Source of the DNA: Candidatus Bathyarchaeota archaeon
GTDB lineage: Archaea; Thermoproteota; Bathyarchaeia; TCS64
NCBI GenBank assembly: GCA_963771885.1
Contig: CAVYVF010000023.1
Location: 512,001-576,000, forward strand
Direction: 5' to 3'
Length of the DNA stretch: 64,000 nucleotides
Shown here: piece after piece, positions 19,401 through 30,481 of the stretch
Numbering within the stretch: the stretch's first letter is position 1
How the letters are laid out: every line of letters begins with the position of its first letter
The notes under the pieces: model-generated
The model's input: the letters and a program-made list of their open reading frames with translations, nothing else
Told to the model about the DNA's origin: nothing
Databases searched by the model: none
Made by a program: the position numbers and the translations under genes

Positions 19401-20600
19401 ATGATTGAGCTGCTCGGTTTACTACTCGCCTTCATCGTAATCTTCTATCTCCGGTTCAAGGAATTCGACTTCGCCGCGAGCATACTGATCGCCGCGGGGA
19501 TAATCGGCATAACCTCGGGGAAGCCTCTCGGAATCTTCGTCGACGCCTTGCTTGAGACTGTTGGGGACAAGACGACGTGGGAGCTCTGCGCCGCCGTGGG
19601 TTTCATCACTGTATTCGGCTACGCGTTGAAGGAGACGGGTCATATGGTGGAGCTGATCGACAAGCTCCGCGGCTTTGTGCCGAGTAGGTTCCTGTTGGCG
19701 CTAATTCCGGCGCTTTTTGGGATACTCTCGATGCCTGGTGGGGCGCTCATGTCGGCGCCTTTCAACGAGCCCGAGTCGGAGCGCCTCAAGTTGAAGCCCG
19801 AGCACAGGACATTCATCAATGTCTGGTTCCGTCACGTCTGGTACTGGGCGAGTCCTATCAGCCCCTCGACGCTCGTCGCCTGTAGCATCGCTGGCATCGC
19901 CATCACCGACTTCATCAGGGTCAACTTCCCCCTCTTCATCGCGACATGGGTCATAGGCTTCGCGATAAGTTGGAAGTGGATTCAAAAGGAGGAGACGTTG
20001 GTGGGCGGCACCAAGGACTACGTGGGCAGCCTCGTGGGGCTATCCCCGATACTCATAACGGTCTTCCTCACGCTTATCGCAATACCCGTCTGGATATGCG
20101 TGGCCATCGGCATCGCCATGTTAATAGTGATGAGGAAGGTGAGCCTCAGCCGAGCCAAGACCTATGTAACCAAAGGGTTGAAACTTGACCTCGTCGCTGC
20201 CGTCTTCGCCACTCTCTATTTCAGGTACATGGTTGTCTCATCGGGGAGTGTGAGCACCCTCCTCAGCAACATACTAAACATGGGCGTGCCGCTTCTCGCA
20301 CTCTTCATCGTTGTGCCCCTACTCGTCGGCGCCATCTCGGCCCAACCCACGCTGGGCATCGGTATCGTCTTCCCCATTCTCATGCCCCTCGTCGCCCCCA
20401 TCGACGTAAACTGGATGACAATCATGTTCGCCGGCATAGTCGCAGGTTACACGGCATCCCCCCTCCATCTCTGCCTCATATTAACCAACCAGTACTACAA
20501 GTCCGACCTCAACAAGGTCTACAAATACCTCATACCGGGTCTGCTGATCCTCGTCTCGGCGATGGTTCTCTACCACGTCGCCCTCGGTGGCCTGTGGTAA
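19401..20600 (+). CDS. DUF401 family membrane protein (putative transporter)
   Basis: MPGGALMSAP, NVWFRH, SPLHLCL; multi-TM. Confidence 0.85.
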   Translation: MIELLGLLLAFIVIFYLRFKEFDFAASILIAAGIIGITSGKPLGIFVDALLETVGDKTTWELCAAVGFITVFGYALKETGHMVELIDKLRGFVPSRFLLALIPALFGILSMPGGALMSAPFNEPESERLKLKPEHRTFINVWFRHVWYWASPISPSTLVACSIAGIAITDFIRVNFPLFIATWVIGFAISWKWIQKEETLVGGTKDYVGSLVGLSPILITVFLTLIAIPVWICVAIGIAMLIVMRKVSLSRAKTYVTKGLKLDLVAAVFATLYFRYMVVSSGSVSTLLSNILNMGVPLLALFIVVPLLVGAISAQPTLGIGIVFPILMPLVAPIDVNWMTIMFAGIVAGYTASPLHLCLILTNQYYKSDLNKVYKYLIPGLLILVSAMVLYHVALGGLW

Positions 20601-20638
20601 CCATTTAAACCCCCTCTACCACTCCTTATCCGATTCAT

Positions 20639-21664
20639 TTGGGCGTAAACCTCACCCCGATAGTCGAGAGGAGGGTGGTCACCCTCGACGACCTGAGGGG
20701 GAGGAGCTTCGCCGTCGACGGCTTCGTCGTGCTACATCAGTTCCTCGCCCTCATCAGGGCGCGTGACGGGACGCCACTGATGGATAATAAGGGCAGGACG
20801 ACGAGCCACCTCGTCGGACTCGCCTTCCGAACTACGCGACTAATCGCTGACTACGGTATGAGGCTCGCCTTCGTCTTCGATGGGTGCCCGCCACAGCTCA
20901 AGCGCGCCGAGGTCGAGAAGCGCCGAGAGATCAGGCAGAGGTATGAGAAGGAGTACAGGGAGGCGATCGCCACTGGAGACTACAAGACCGCCATGTCCAA
21001 GGCAGTTATGACGAGTCGCCTCACTGGAGAGGCGATCGCCGACGCGAAGAGGCTCCTCGACCTACTCGGTATCCCCTGGGTACAGGCACCGAGCGAGGGG
21101 GAGGCCCAGGCAGCATACATGGCGGTGAAGGGAGATGTCTGGGCGGTCAACAGCCAAGACTACGACAGCCTGCTCTTCGGTACGCCGCGGCTTGTCCGCT
21201 ACATAACAATACAGGGGGAGGAATGGCTCCCAAGCAAGGGGCGCGCACGAAAACTCCAACCCGAGATAATCGACCTCGACGCCCTCTCCCAGGCGTGGGG
21301 ACTGACGCGCCTCCAGATGATTGACCTCGGCATACTCATCGGCACCGACTTCAACACCGGCATCAGAGGCATTGGCCCCAAGACAGCGCTCAAACTCATC
21401 AGGAAGCACGGGCATCTCGAGGAGCTGCCCCCCGAGATAAGGGAACAGTTGACCCCGGACATCGACGCGATCCGCGATCTCTATTTGCATCCCCCAGCCA
21501 CAGACGACTACATACTGGAGGAGAAGCCGCTCCAAGAGGACGAGTTCGTAAGGTTTCTCTGTGGCGAGCACGACTTCAGCAGAGAGCGGGTCGAGACGGT
21601 TATACAGAGGATGAGGAAGGCGAGGGGGCAGAAGAGCCTTCGCGACTGGTTCGGAGGCGTATGA
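20639..21664 (+). CDS. fen: Flap endonuclease 1
   Basis: QFLALIR, TSHL-x-G, FVFDG, QAPSEGEAQAA, SQDYD, GTDFN, C-terminal PIP box QKSLRDWF. Confidence 0.95.
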   Translation: MGVNLTPIVERRVVTLDDLRGRSFAVDGFVVLHQFLALIRARDGTPLMDNKGRTTSHLVGLAFRTTRLIADYGMRLAFVFDGCPPQLKRAEVEKRREIRQRYEKEYREAIATGDYKTAMSKAVMTSRLTGEAIADAKRLLDLLGIPWVQAPSEGEAQAAYMAVKGDVWAVNSQDYDSLLFGTPRLVRYITIQGEEWLPSKGRARKLQPEIIDLDALSQAWGLTRLQMIDLGILIGTDFNTGIRGIGPKTALKLIRKHGHLEELPPEIREQLTPDIDAIRDLYLHPPATDDYILEEKPLQEDEFVRFLCGEHDFSRERVETVIQRMRKARGQKSLRDWFGGV

Positions 21665-21665
21665 G

Positions 21666-23246
21666 TTGGTGACACCCTTCTCTAAACTCGTACAGCTCTG
21701 CAAGGCGCTCGAGGCCACCACGAAGCGAACCGAGAAGACGCGTCTCATCTCTGAGTTCCTTAGATTGCTCGAGCCCGAGGAGATAGCCCCCGCCGTCCTC
21801 CTAGTCGTCGGCCAGATCTTCCCAGAGTTCGACCCCCGGACACTAGACGTCGGCTGGAACACTATGAAGCGCGTCCTCGAGAAAGCGAAGCAGACCACGC
21901 TTCTAAGGGACCAGCTCACGATACGCCGCGTCCACTCGACCCTCGGAGAGATAGCAGTATCACGCGGCGCCCAGTCGCGGAAGCAGAAGGAGCGCCTTCT
22001 CACCGGTCTCCTCAGCGACGCGGGGCGGGACGAGGTAGAGATACTCGCACGGATCATCTTCGGGGAGATGAGGATAGGCGTCAACGAGGGGGTTATGCTC
22101 GATGCCCTCGCCGTGACATCAAACGTGAAGCTCAGTGTTGTTCGCCGGGCGCTCATGCTCACGGGGAATCTCGGCGAGGTCGCATTAGTCGCCCTCACCC
22201 AGGGCGAGAAGGGGCTGGAGGGCATAAAGCCGGAGCTATTCGTCCCCCTGAAGCCGATGCTCGCCGAGACCGCAGACGACCCCGAGGAGGCGATAAAGGA
22301 GCATGGGGGCAGGACCGTCTTCGAGTACAAGTTCGACGGTGCGCGCGTCCAGATTCACCGCCTCGGCGAAGAGGTCCGCGTCTACAGCAGACGCCTCAGC
22401 GACGTCACCGAGAGTGTACCCGACATCGTCAGTCTCGTGCAGAGGTTCCTCCCCAAGGTGGGTACCATCGTCGAGGGGGAAATAACCGCCGTCGGCCCCG
22501 GGGGAAAGCCCCTCCCCTTCCAGGACCTAATGCGCCGATTCACACGCGTTAAGGACGTCCAACAGGCGACGGAGCAGATACCCCTCAGGCTCCACCTTTT
22601 CGATATCCTCTACCTCGACGGCACCCTGCTCATCGACGAGCCCTACGAGACCCGATGGGCCATACTCGTCAAGATCACGCCCTCGGAGCTCCTCGCCGAG
22701 CACACCATCACAAACAGCGTGAAGGAGGCGTCTGCATTCCTCAAGGCGGCGATGAAGGCAGGACACGAGGGTCTGATGGCGAAGCGCCTCGACAGCCACT
22801 ACAACCCCGGCGCACGCGGCAAGGACTGGCTCAAGCTTAAGCCAGTCGAAACCGTTGACCTAGCCATAGTCGCCGCGGACTGGGGCTCGGGGCGCCGCAG
22901 GGGCTGGCTCAGTAACTACCACCTCGCGGCCCGCGACGGTGACGAGTGGAAGGTCGTGGGGAAGACCTTCAAGGGGTTGACAGACGAGGAGTTCCGCTAC
23001 ATGACAAAGCGGCTACAGGTCCTCAAGGTGAGCGAGACCGACTACACGGTCTCTGTGCGCTCCGAGGTCATCGTCGAAGTCGCCTTCAACGAAGTACAGC
23101 GTAGCCCACACTACAAGAGTGGATTTGCCCTACGCTTCGCACGCATAACGAGGATACGCGACGACAAAGGGCCTCAGGATGCAGATACACTCGACCAGAT
23201 AAGGGCACTCTACAAGAGGCAGTTCAGGGTCAAGGACCAACTATAG
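21666..23246 (+). CDS. lig: ATP-dependent DNA ligase
   Basis: Motif I EYKFDG, EGE, FDILY, EGLMAK, WLKLK, ALRFAR. Confidence 0.95.
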   Translation: MVTPFSKLVQLCKALEATTKRTEKTRLISEFLRLLEPEEIAPAVLLVVGQIFPEFDPRTLDVGWNTMKRVLEKAKQTTLLRDQLTIRRVHSTLGEIAVSRGAQSRKQKERLLTGLLSDAGRDEVEILARIIFGEMRIGVNEGVMLDALAVTSNVKLSVVRRALMLTGNLGEVALVALTQGEKGLEGIKPELFVPLKPMLAETADDPEEAIKEHGGRTVFEYKFDGARVQIHRLGEEVRVYSRRLSDVTESVPDIVSLVQRFLPKVGTIVEGEITAVGPGGKPLPFQDLMRRFTRVKDVQQATEQIPLRLHLFDILYLDGTLLIDEPYETRWAILVKITPSELLAEHTITNSVKEASAFLKAAMKAGHEGLMAKRLDSHYNPGARGKDWLKLKPVETVDLAIVAADWGSGRRRGWLSNYHLAARDGDEWKVVGKTFKGLTDEEFRYMTKRLQVLKVSETDYTVSVRSEVIVEVAFNEVQRSPHYKSGFALRFARITRIRDDKGPQDADTLDQIRALYKRQFRVKDQL

Positions 23247-23303
23247 ACGCGTGTCGGTCAAATTATTCTTAGTTCATTGGGTGGTATAAGGAAAACAACA
23301 TGG

Positions 23304-23723
23304 TTAGGGAGTCAGGAGTGGTATCTTTGACTGAGCCTTGAGCTTCTCGTAGACGGGGCCCAGCATCTTCCCACCCGTACCCGTGGTACCGATGGCTATC
23401 GCATCGAAGCCCTCCTTCTGGGCGACGGCGAGTATCCCTTCGGGTATGTCGCGCTGCTGCTCGACACGCATATCATACTCCAGCTTGCTCCTCTTGAGTA
23501 TGGGCTCGATGTCCCTGAATATCCTGCTCCCCGCGTCCTGCTCCGCATTCTCGACACTGTGCATGAGAAGGTCGCTCTTCCTCTCCTCGGGATCCCAATA
23601 GACGTGTAGCAGAGTCACTGAGCCCTTTGGCTTCGCCGCCTCTATCGCCTTAACGACCGCGGCGTCGGCGCTCTCTGAGCCGTCGTATGCGACCAGAATC
23701 TTTTTTCCTTCCATTTCCAACAC
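23304..23723 (-). CDS. Universal stress protein
   Basis: KILVAYDGSESA, G-x-x-G-x-G, LGPV. Confidence 0.88.
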   Translation of the reverse strand: MLEMEGKKILVAYDGSESADAAVVKAIEAAKPKGSVTLLHVYWDPEERKSDLLMHSVENAEQDAGSRIFRDIEPILKRSKLEYDMRVEQQRDIPEGILAVAQKEGFDAIAIGTTGTGGKMLGPVYEKLKAQSKIPLLTP

Positions 23724-23792
23724 CAGAAGTGGGTGGGGAAGCTCTGTTAATAGAGGTTACCCGCGGCGCGAACGCGCCGGGTCATTGGGGCT

Positions 23793-25212
23793 TTAAAACT
23801 GCTTAAGCGGTGGCTTCAGGTCGAGCGGGATCGGGGGCTTGTACTTCCTCCCCGCGAGGCGTGTCTTGAACTCGGCCTTTACGTCCTTGAGAAGCTTTGG
23901 CTTCGTCATGAGGTCGAGTGCGGAGCCCGCCATCGTCTTCGTGGCGAATAGCAGCCCCTTGTGGCCGATGCTCATGCCACCTTGGGCGGTGAACTGCCAG
24001 CTATGCCCCGGGGTGCCGAGCATACATGTGACTGTGCTGAACTCCTTCGTCGGCGTGACCCAACTGACGTCCGAGACGTCCGTGCTGCCAGCGCCGACCA
24101 TGCCGGCCTGATAGTCGTCGAGGATGCGCTCGTCGAACAGCTCGTCTACGAGCTTCTCCCAGCCGGGCCGATTGCCCTTGCGGAGGCCCTCCTTCTTCTG
24201 GGCGGGATCGATGCTTTTGTTCATCTCCTTTGCGAACTTGAGGTCGGACTCGTCGTGGACGGGTGCACCGACCTCGCGCATATTAGCAACGATTGTTTCA
24301 CAGAGTTTACCGTTGGGTAACTCATTGTAGCACCCGGTTAGGAATTCTACCTTGTGGGTGGTGCGCGCCATCTTGTCGGCGCCGTCTGCGATCTGTAAGA
24401 CCCAGTTGTAGATGGGCTCCATCTGCTCCCTCTCGGGGGCACGTGTGTAGTACCAGACGCGTGCGTATGCGGGGACAACGTTCGGCTGGCCTCCACCGAC
24501 CTCAGTGACGTAGTGGACGCGAGCCTTCTCGATTATGTGCTCGCGCATGAAGTTGACACCGTTACTCATGAGTTCTACAGCGTCCAGTGCGCTGACGCCA
24601 TTCTCGGGGTCACCAGCGCTGTGCGCGGTCTTACCGTAGAAATGGAGCTTGAAACTGTTCATCGAGTTGCTGCTGCCGGTGCCCGCGGTGTTGGCACCAC
24701 CAGGGTGGTGGCTGAGGCAGGCATCGACACCCTTGAAAAGGTTGTGGCGGGTCATCCAGACCTTGCCAACCAGCGTCTCCTCGGCGGGGCACCCATACAT
24801 CTTGATGGTGCCCTTGATCTTCTTGTCTTCCATGGCCGACTTGAGGGCGACGGCGGCGGTGAGTGCGGTTGTGCCGTGCATATTATGGCCGCAGCCATGT
24901 CCTGGAGCGCCCTCTTTGATGGGCTCCTTATAGGGGACAGCCTTCTGGCTGAGCCCCGCTAAGGCGTCTAGCTCTCCCATGAGACCAATCGTTGGGCCAT
25001 CCCCGTTGCTCCACGTCGCCACGAATGCGGTGGGCATGTCAGCGACACCGCGCTCAAGTTTGAAGCCCTTCTTCTCAATCCAGTCTGCGAAGAGCTTGCT
25101 GGTCTTCGTCTCCTGAAGGCCGACCTCGGCATATTCCCAGGCGGAGTTGCTGAGTCTTGATTATCTCCTTCTCGTTCTCGTCTACCCAGTTCCAGGCTGT
25201 CTTCTTCGGCAT
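23793..25212 (-). CDS. M20 amidohydrolase (AbgB-like), frameshift near 25145
   Basis: GELDAL, HGCGHN, PAEE, GGGQPNVVP, GSTDVSDVSW; N-terminus MPKKTAWNWVDE in another frame. Confidence 0.88.
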
Positions 25213-25256
25213 GATAATCGGTCTCTAGTTGCCTTTAGGGTGTATAAAACCAGCGA

Positions 25257-25811
25257 CTAGGCTTGGGGAGCGGGGAACCTGCGCTTTATCGCCTCGTGTA
25301 GTGTAGCACCGAGGAGGATGGTGATAGCACCAGAGACGACGTTGAAGGCGGCTATGAGGGGGAGCATGCCGTAGACGACGAGGTCAGGGTAGCCGTAGAG
25401 AGGGAGGACAAGTATGTTGGCGGCGCTCATGGCAACGACTCGGAATGCGACTCCGAGTGCAAGACCCGCACCCTTCTGTACGAGGGGCGCGAATCGCTCC
25501 GCCGCCTTCATGCCTAGCCCCAGCCCGAGTACCGTCGAGAACTCCGCTGCGAACTTCATCGAGGCGCCAATCACATCTCCGCTCCTCGCCAAAATGCCGA
25601 CAAAGGCGACGAGGCTCGTCGTCAGCGCCGAGGGCGGTCCATACATAAAGAGGCTAAGGGCGATGGGTATCCCTGTGAAGTCGAACTTGAGCGTCGGCAT
25701 CCAGGGGAACGGTATCTTGAGCCCGCTGAACTTGAGGGCGTAGTCGAAGACGATGACTAGCGCCGCGAGTAGAGCGGTGCCGGTCAGCTTCGATGACTTC
25801 GAGGCAGACAA
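25257..25811 (-). CDS. ECF transporter S component (RibU/PanT-like)
   Basis: IPFP-x-x-P-x-LKFD-x-x-x-IP, IGASMKF, FNV; 5-6 TM. Confidence 0.82.
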   Translation of the reverse strand: MSASKSSKLTGTALLAALVIVFDYALKFSGLKIPFPWMPTLKFDFTGIPIALSLFMYGPPSALTTSLVAFVGILARSGDVIGASMKFAAEFSTVLGLGLGMKAAERFAPLVQKGAGLALGVAFRVVAMSAANILVLPLYGYPDLVVYGMLPLIAAFNVVSGAITILLGATLHEAIKRRFPAPQA

Positions 25812-26118
25812 AGAGACACCGGGAAGAACCCGCCACCGGATAAAAACATAGCTACCTGCATGAAAGGGAGGGAGGGATTAAGACAATCCGAGTAAAACAA
25901 CTCATTCCCGAAAACAAGCCCGAAATCGAGCTCAATCAGGGGTGCAAAGTGATTACGAAAAAGCACATTAAAAGGACGATTTACGCTCGAATCATTACCT
26001 AAAAGGAACACAATAACTAAATAGGCAGCAGTATCCCTGCCCAAAGGGCTTTTTAACATTAGGCAACACTCGCGTTGGTGAACTGGGGAATGACGCACCT
26101 CCAATATCTACAGGCGGA

Positions 26119-26412
26119 GTGGAAGACCTCCGCAGACTCCTTCTAAGGACCCTAAACGATAACCAACTCCTGATACTCAGCCGGGTGGCTGCGAATGAAC
26201 GTCCACTGACGGGGCTGCTGATCAATCTCTCCCGGGAGACAGGTGTTCCGCTATCGACACTGAAGCTGAACGCCCGCATCCTCCGCGAGTTAAATCTGAT
26301 CAGCTATGGCTCAGTCGGCGAGAGACGGCAGGCTGAGGTAGAGCCAGTGGGAAACCTTGTGCTGCGCCTAATGGATGCTCCTGATAACGCGAAGATACGG
26401 CTTTATGATTAG
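26119..26412 (+). CDS. Winged-helix DNA-binding protein
   Basis: LSRETGVPLSTLKLNARILRELNLI HTH pattern followed by a wing. Confidence 0.75.
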   Translation: MEDLRRLLLRTLNDNQLLILSRVAANERPLTGLLINLSRETGVPLSTLKLNARILRELNLISYGSVGERRQAEVEPVGNLVLRLMDAPDNAKIRLYD

Positions 26413-26505
26413 CCGGTGCCGGTCCTAGCCACCCTTCACCCCGTTTTAACCCTCACCCATTTAAGCCCGTGGGGTAAATATCCGTTACTCTCGGCTGGTG
26501 AGGAT

Positions 26506-28226
26506 ATGGGCGAGATCAAGATACTCCTGGGCTTCGAGGTCGGAACCGGCAAGGAGGTAAACATGGGACTCCACCACACAATAATCACCGGAATGACCCA
26601 GTTATCGGGCAAAACGACCACCATGGAGGCTATCATCAGCCGCGCCAATAGGCGCGCCATCGCCTTCAAGACCAAGCGCGGCGAGTCCGGCTTTAACAAC
26701 TACCGCGAGATACCCCCATTCTTCGAGGAGCGCGCTGACTGGCAATACGTATCCACACTCCTCGAAGCCGTGATGCGGGAGAAGATGAAGTTCGAGCGTC
26801 CATGGATCATGAAGGCGACCCAGGGCACAAATAGTCTCCGCGAGGTCCTCGAGAACGTTCAGATGCTACGCGCTGAGACGACCACAGTCACTACCCGAGA
26901 ATGTCTACACCGCCCTCGAGGAGTACCTTAAGATTGTCGTCCCCCAGATAGAGAAGTTCAGGTTCAGCAAGAACCTCAGCCTCATTGACGGAATCAATGT
27001 TATGGACCTCACCGAGATGACGCTGGAGCTCCAGGGGCTCGTCATCCAGAGCACCATGGAGTACGTCATTAACAACCTCCACGAGACTATACTCATCGTC
27101 CCGGAGGCTTGGGAACACATCCCACAGGGGCGCAACACACCGGTGAAGCTCTACGCGGAGACATTCATCCGCAAAGGAGCCGCCATCGGCAACTATCTCT
27201 TCATCGACTCCCAGGACATCGCGGGCATCGACAAGATGCCCCTCCGCCAGTGCAACAACTGGATACTCGGGCGCCAGCGCGAGGGGCACGAGGTGGAGCG
27301 GGTACGCGAGCAGATAGGACGCAACAAGATAGACGCCGAGGAGATCAGGACACTCCCCTCGGCCACTTCCTCGCCATACTCGGCGACGACATGAAGAAGG
27401 TCTACGTTCTCCCCGCTGGCGTTCCATCGAAGATAGGGCGTCAGCGTTGCGATGGGCGAGATTAGCCGCCACGGAAGCGGGCAAGTACATGAACAACACC
27501 GGCAGCAATGAAGAGGAGCACATCCGGACCAGCAGACGGGTATCCGCAGCTTCCTCCAGGTGCCGACGAGCGACCGCACAATGCGCCGCATAGAGGAACT
27601 CGACATGAAGCTCGACCCGCCGCGACAACGAGATATCCTTACTGCGCATCCGAGCTCGACGGACTCAGAACTGAGTTCATCACGAATACAGCAAAGCTTG
27701 AGCAGTTAATCCATCAGCAGGAGGCGCGGAGCAACGCGCCGCAAAGAGTCAGGTACCCGCGGTCCGCCCCGGTTTCACAGTAGACGACCTCAACCAACTC
27801 ATCGACCAGCGAATGCACCAGATAATCCAGTACGATAAGCCCACGTTCTTCACCCAGACCGATGTCTCAGGAGCGGTTCAAGGAGATAGTTAAGGAGCGC
27901 TTCGTCCGGGAGCTGGGGCTTCAGGATAAGGGGCTGCCCGCCGCACGTTGATACATACGGCTATGATCGTCCACGAGAGAAAGGGCATCAAACGCGGCGA
28001 GCTCTACAGCTTCCTCCACGGAGGAAACACGAGGATCACCGACGACTTCTACTCTGACCTTCAGAGGCTGGAAGAGGTTCGCCTCGTCGTCTATAGCAAG
28101 GAGACGGGCATCGTCCACTGGGCGCTGGGCGAGTACCTGAAGCATGAGCTCGGGAACATGTACGACGAGGCGGCGGTGAAGCAGGCGGAGGACTACCTCG
28201 CGAGCCTGCTCCTGCCCTCTAGCTGA
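26506..28226 (+). CDS. HerA/FtsK-superfamily ATPase with coiled-coil and C-terminal winged helix; multiply frameshifted
   Basis: RBS ggtgagga; HTIITGMTQLSGKTT, ILIVPEAW, IDSQD, WILGRQ, LPLGHF spread across frames. Confidence 0.7.
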
Positions 28227-28683
28227 CCCTGTGGTCGTACTCCATGTCGGGGGTGACGACGGGGCGCGTCGTTAGGGAACCGTCCTCTATGTTCCACTCG
28301 CGGAGACCAGCGTACTCGATCTTATTATCTTCAAGGAGCTTCCGCGCCTTCGCGCCTTCCCCGGCTGGGACATAGACGAAGAACTTCTTGAACTTCTCAC
28401 CCATACTCGTCTTCTCGGAAAGCAGCCTCCACTTCTCAACGAGGTCCGGAGTGACCTCCATCTCGACCTCACCTATCTCCCTGACCCTGCCATCGGGATT
28501 GAGGACGATGACGCTCGGGTAGACGTCGCCCATCGATCCATTTATCGGAAAAGACCTCTCTTTCATGGTGTTGACGAGTGTCTTCCTTTCTTCGTCCCAT
28601 GTGATCTGGTCTACGAAAGGGAATCGTGTTGCTGCTATGATTCGTGCAATGCGGTCCCTGAGAACTTCCTTTGGCGGGAGCAT
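28219..28683 (-). CDS. Hypothetical protein, possible degenerate PD-(D/E)xK fold
   Basis: YPSVIV...IGEVE...KW...FFVYVP pattern. Confidence 0.7.
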   Translation of the reverse strand: MLPPKEVLRDRIARIIAATRFPFVDQITWDEERKTLVNTMKERSFPINGSMGDVYPSVIVLNPDGRVREIGEVEMEVTPDLVEKWRLLSEKTSMGEKFKKFFVYVPAGEGAKARKLLEDNKIEYAGLREWNIEDGSLTTRPVVTPDMEYDHRVS

Positions 28684-28705
28684 GGAGGATAAACGCGTGG
28701 GTTGC

Positions 28706-30401
28706 TTATGATTTCTGCGTCCCTTGCTCAGGGGCGTAGTCTTCCATAGCCTTCTGAACGCGACGCTCGATCTCCGCCTCGACGGCAACGCGGTCGACCT
28801 TTCCCATGCCCGTCATCGGTAGACTAGAAACTATTTCTATCCTCCCAGGGACTTCGTAGGGCTCCAGCTTCTCCCTGCAAAGTTGTATCAGCTTCGCCTC
28901 GACTCCCACCTTTGGGGAACCTCTCCTGAGGACGACGAGCGCTTGTATGTCTGTGTTGCATCTGAGCGGGTCGGGAGCGCCGACAGCAACCGCCGCCTCC
29001 ACCTCGGGACTGCCGAGGAGAACTTCCTCGACCTCCGTGGGCCAGACTATATGACCGCTAGCGACTATCCGGTCCCGCTTGCGCCCGACGACGTAGAGCC
29101 AGCCTGCCTCGTCGACGCGGACGACATCGCCAGTGTGGAGCCAGCCGTCTGCGAGGACTTTCGCCGTTTCCTCGGGTGCCTTCCAGTAACCCTTCATGAT
29201 CTGGGGACCACGAACGAGGAGCTCACCCTCCTTGCCGACAGGGACCTCTACCTCGCTGATCTGGGTGTCGACTACCCTGATCTCGGTGTCGGGGTAAGCC
29301 ATGCCCGGGCTGAGGTAGTTGCGATCTCCCTCGATGGGCGTCGCGTGGGTCGCGGGTCCTGCCTCGGTGAGCCCATAGCCCTGGTAGAACTTGGCGCCAG
29401 TGATCGCCTCGAATCTCTTCATGAGCTCGGGGCTAATCGCCGCGCCTCCACTCGACGCGGTCGTTACGCTGTTAAGGTCATAGCTGTTGATCTTTGGATG
29501 TGCTAGTATCTCGGAGACGAAGCGGGGGATAAGGGGCATGTGTGTAACCCTATGCCTCTGGGCCGCCTCTAGGATCGCCTCCGCCTTCGGGTCGGGCACC
29601 AGCACGAGGGTGCAGCCGAAGCTCACGGCCTCGTTCATAATGTTCAGTCCATAGCTGTGGAAGAATGGAACGGCGCATAGGATGAGAGGCCAGCCTGCGG
29701 GCTGAGGTTTGGCACTGTAGCCCCAGCCGCGGAGCCAGTAGTAACTCTGCAGCGCGTTCGCGGTGAGCGAGTAGTGGGTGAGCATAACACCCTTGGGCTG
29801 TCCTGTTGTGCCGGATGTGTAGAGTATGGCAGCGAGGTCCTCTCTCCCCTCAATCCCTACTGGATTCGCCTCCTCCCCCGAGGTCGCCTCTGCCGAAACC
29901 AATAGCTCCAGCGGGGCTTGTCCCCCTGTAGGCTATTGAACCCAGCAGTCTCAGACCTGCAGGCGCATACTCCGCCGCGTCTGCGACGACGACCTTCCCC
30001 GCGAAGCCGGAGGGCAGCGTACCGAGCAGCCTGTCGAGCACGACGAGCACCTTGCACTCCGTCTCGGCGAGCTCCCGCCCTATCTCCTCGACAGGGTTGA
30101 GTGGGTTCACGGCTACGACGACTCCCCCCGCGGCGAGGACGCCATTGAAGGCGATGATGAACTGTGGTGTGTTGGCGAGGAGTAGCCCGACGCGGTCACC
30201 CTTCTCCACTCCTAGTTGCCTCAGGTACCCAGCGAAGCGGAGCGTCCTACTCCAAAGCGTCGAGTAGGTTATCCCGTTGCCGATGTAGACTGCCCCAACC
30301 CTCCTGGGGAACTTGCGGGCGCTGTTCTCCAGAAAGCTGTAGAGGGGCATCACTGGGTACTCTATGCTCCGGGGCACTCCGGGGGGGAAGAAACGGGTCA
30401 T
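28706..30401 (-). CDS. Long-chain acyl-CoA synthetase (AMP-binding), frameshift near 29900
   Basis: YTSGTTGQPKG, PFFHSYG, QGYGLTEA, WLHTGD, GKVDR. Confidence 0.9.
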
Positions 30402-30481
30402 CGTGGATCGGATTTATGCAGGACGCCTATAAACCTCGGCCTCCGAATCCAGTTTTAACCACGACTCCCCAATCACTACCC

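Noticed and set aside
21062..22330. 422-aa antisense ORF (and many similar long shadow ORFs)
   Set aside because: Antisense to fen/lig; expected in GC-rich coding DNA; no motifs
25812..26118. Riboswitch upstream of the ECF S component
   Set aside because: A TATA-like box at 25840-25846 leaves almost no leader, and no FMN/TPP consensus is seen
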